DNA of 62,000 nt, counting the filler. It is 3 parts of 3 records of this genome, joined end to end, with 100 filler letters (N's around TTAATTAATTAA, not from the genome) between each part and the next. Parts side by side here need not be neighbours in the genome. Positions count along the whole stretch, not along the records: positions 30,044 to 62,000 come from SRR20825010_7145; 2 more parts are not named here. The stretch is one strand, 5' to 3'. This document shows, one piece after another, positions 60,501 to 62,000 of this stretch. The notes under the pieces are model-generated. The model did no database searches. It was not told where the DNA came from and saw only the letters and a program-made list of their open reading frames with translations. Every line of letters starts with the position of its first letter. Within the stretch, counting starts at the first letter, position 1. Both the position numbers and the translations under genes were made by a program.

Positions 60501-62000
60501 TAAGAACTCTCAACATATCGAAAAGTGCGCTGCTAGTTAGCGCATTTTTTTTGCTCGCTTTCCACTCTTTTGGTCAGCCAGGTGGACTTGAATTGCTCCC
60601 AGGTTCGGATAAGTTAACGTATGATTCGAAAACGGGAGTGCATAAATTACTTGGGAACGTAAATTTCATCTACCAAGGAAACACGATGTATTGCGACTCA
60701 GCATATTATTTTGAGCGCCAGCAAGCAGTTCGCGCTTACGGAAAAGTTCACGTCAACAAACGAGATACGCTTAATTTGTTTTGCGACTCATTGTTTTATG
60801 ATGGAAAAACCCGCATGGCGAAATTGTGGGGAAACGTGCGCGTGCGCGACAATGAGTACAAACTAAGCACAGACACCTTAGAATACGACGCGAAAAAAGG
60901 TCAAGCGTTCTATAAATATGGTGGAAAAGTAGAAAGCATTTTATCTCAGGAGGTATTAACGAGTCGGATTGGATACTTTCATCCAGATACTAAAAACTTC
61001 TTTTTCAGTAATAAAGTCGTGTATAAAAGTCCACAGATTGAGATGACAACCGATACGCTGCGCTATCTCTACAGTAAGAAAACGGCTTATTTTTTCGGTC
61101 CGACAAATATTTTATCGGACAGCACGAAGCTTTACTGTGAATCGGGCTTTTACCAAACCGAAACGGGCGAAGGATCACTGTTCAAGAATGCCCACATCGA
61201 TCGTGGTGCTGAATACATTTCAGGAGACACCTTGATTTATCAACCGTTAATTGGAACTTCAATCGGTCGTGGAAACGTGTATTATAGAGACACAACTCAA
61301 CAAATGAGCTTTAATGGAGATTATGCATTTATCTCCGACAGCATGCATTACACTATTCTTACAGGTCACGCCATTGCGACGAAAGAACTTGAAACAGATA
61401 CGCTCTATATTCATGCTGATACACTGTATTCTTTCAAAAAAGACACGGTTGAAGTATTAAAAGCATACTACGGGGCTAAGATTTACTCGAATGAATTTCA
61501 AGCAAAAGCAGATAGTTTATCTTACAATCCGCAGAAAAACAGAATGGAACTCTTTTATCAACCCATTGTGTGGTCAAAAGGAGCAGAATTAAAAGGAAGT
61601 TTCATGGAGATTGAGCTTAAAGACTCCATCGTTGAGCGCATAAATATTATCGATAGTGCGACCATTTTAATGGAGGTTGACTCCGCGCTGTATTACAACC
61701 AAATTGCTGGAAATAAAATTATTGCCTATTTCGTCGATAACAATCTTAAAAAAGCACTCGTTAATGGAAATGCCATGACGATCTTTTTCCCCGAAGACAA
61801 CGAATCTACAGACACTTCCGAAGTAATTAAACGAATGGGAATGAATCGTTTGTATTCAAGTGATTTACGAATAGACGTCGACAGTAACGAAATAACGGGA
61901 GTAACCTATTTAGAAGCTCCAGATGGCGTTTTTTACCCAATGGATCAGATTAAGAAAAGTGAACAATTTGTCCCCGGATTTAATTGGAAAGCGGCGCTTC
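60497..62000 (+). CDS. OstA/LptA-like beta-jellyroll protein, runs off the window end (absent from the ORF track)
   Basis: TTG at 60497 overlaps the purA TGA. Translation MIRTLNISKSALLVSAFFLLAFHSFGQ (signal peptide), then 'LGNVNF...MYCDSAY', 'LFCDSLFYDG', 'LSTDTLEYD', and near the window end 'FYP...PGFNW'. Confidence 0.85.
   Translation, partial: MIRTLNISKSALLVSAFFLLAFHSFGQPGGLELLPGSDKLTYDSKTGVHKLLGNVNFIYQGNTMYCDSAYYFERQQAVRAYGKVHVNKRDTLNLFCDSLFYDGKTRMAKLWGNVRVRDNEYKLSTDTLEYDAKKGQAFYKYGGKVESILSQEVLTSRIGYFHPDTKNFFFSNKVVYKSPQIEMTTDTLRYLYSKKTAYFFGPTNILSDSTKLYCESGFYQTETGEGSLFKNAHIDRGAEYISGDTLIYQPLIGTSIGRGNVYYRDTTQQMSFNGDYAFISDSMHYTILTGHAIATKELETDTLYIHADTLYSFKKDTVEVLKAYYGAKIYSNEFQAKADSLSYNPQKNRMELFYQPIVWSKGAELKGSFMEIELKDSIVERINIIDSATILMEVDSALYYNQIAGNKIIAYFVDNNLKKALVNGNAMTIFFPEDNESTDTSEVIKRMGMNRLYSSDLRIDVDSNEITGVTYLEAPDGVFYPMDQIKKSEQFVPGFNWKAAL
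60521..60552 (+). terminator. Terminator-like hairpin inside the first codons of the ostA-like gene
   Basis: AAAAGTGCGCT-gctagtt-AGCGCATTTT with a T8 tract. Confidence 0.55.

Overview
The window is not one locus. It is three unrelated contigs joined by two artificial 100-nt spacers (44 N + TTAATTAATTAA + 44 N, at 12348-12447 and 29944-30043). Contig 1 (1-12347) is GC-rich and looks alphaproteobacterial. It carries the 3' part of an ectoine-type aspartokinase, a split Ugp/CUT1-type ABC transporter interrupted by a TetR/Rid pair, and an FNT-family channel. It also carries a GntR-linked catabolic cluster (Asp/Glu-racemase-fold, PhzF-fold, enolase/MLE-like, D-amino-acid-dehydrogenase-like and TRAP genes) whose substrate is unknown. 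Contig 2 (12448-29943) is AT-rich and looks like Flavobacteriaceae. It carries a four-gene PUL (susC-susD-S1 sulfatase-GH2), a ketosynthase-bioB-JmjC cluster with a structured Flavo-1-like RNA before bioB, yciI, recX, an HGSNAT/NagX-like gene, and several REP/MITE-like repeats. Contig 3 (30044-62000) looks like Flavobacteriales (Crocinitomicaceae-like). It holds methylmalonyl-CoA mutase, then a strip of accessory genes: a divergent GldN-like protein, SMR, Crp/Fnr, T9SS cargo, a COX1-fragment-like membrane protein and a Tat-lipoprotein flavo-oxidase. Housekeeping genes follow (lpxB, surE, glyA, gmhA, fur, purA, ostA-like). I saw no rRNA, tRNA, CRISPR array, prophage or transposase. The best candidates for undescribed biology are the ketosynthase-bioB-JmjC cluster (a possible alternative biotin-precursor route) and the multi-isomerase catabolic cluster. 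All family calls come from motif recognition by eye; no database search was run.
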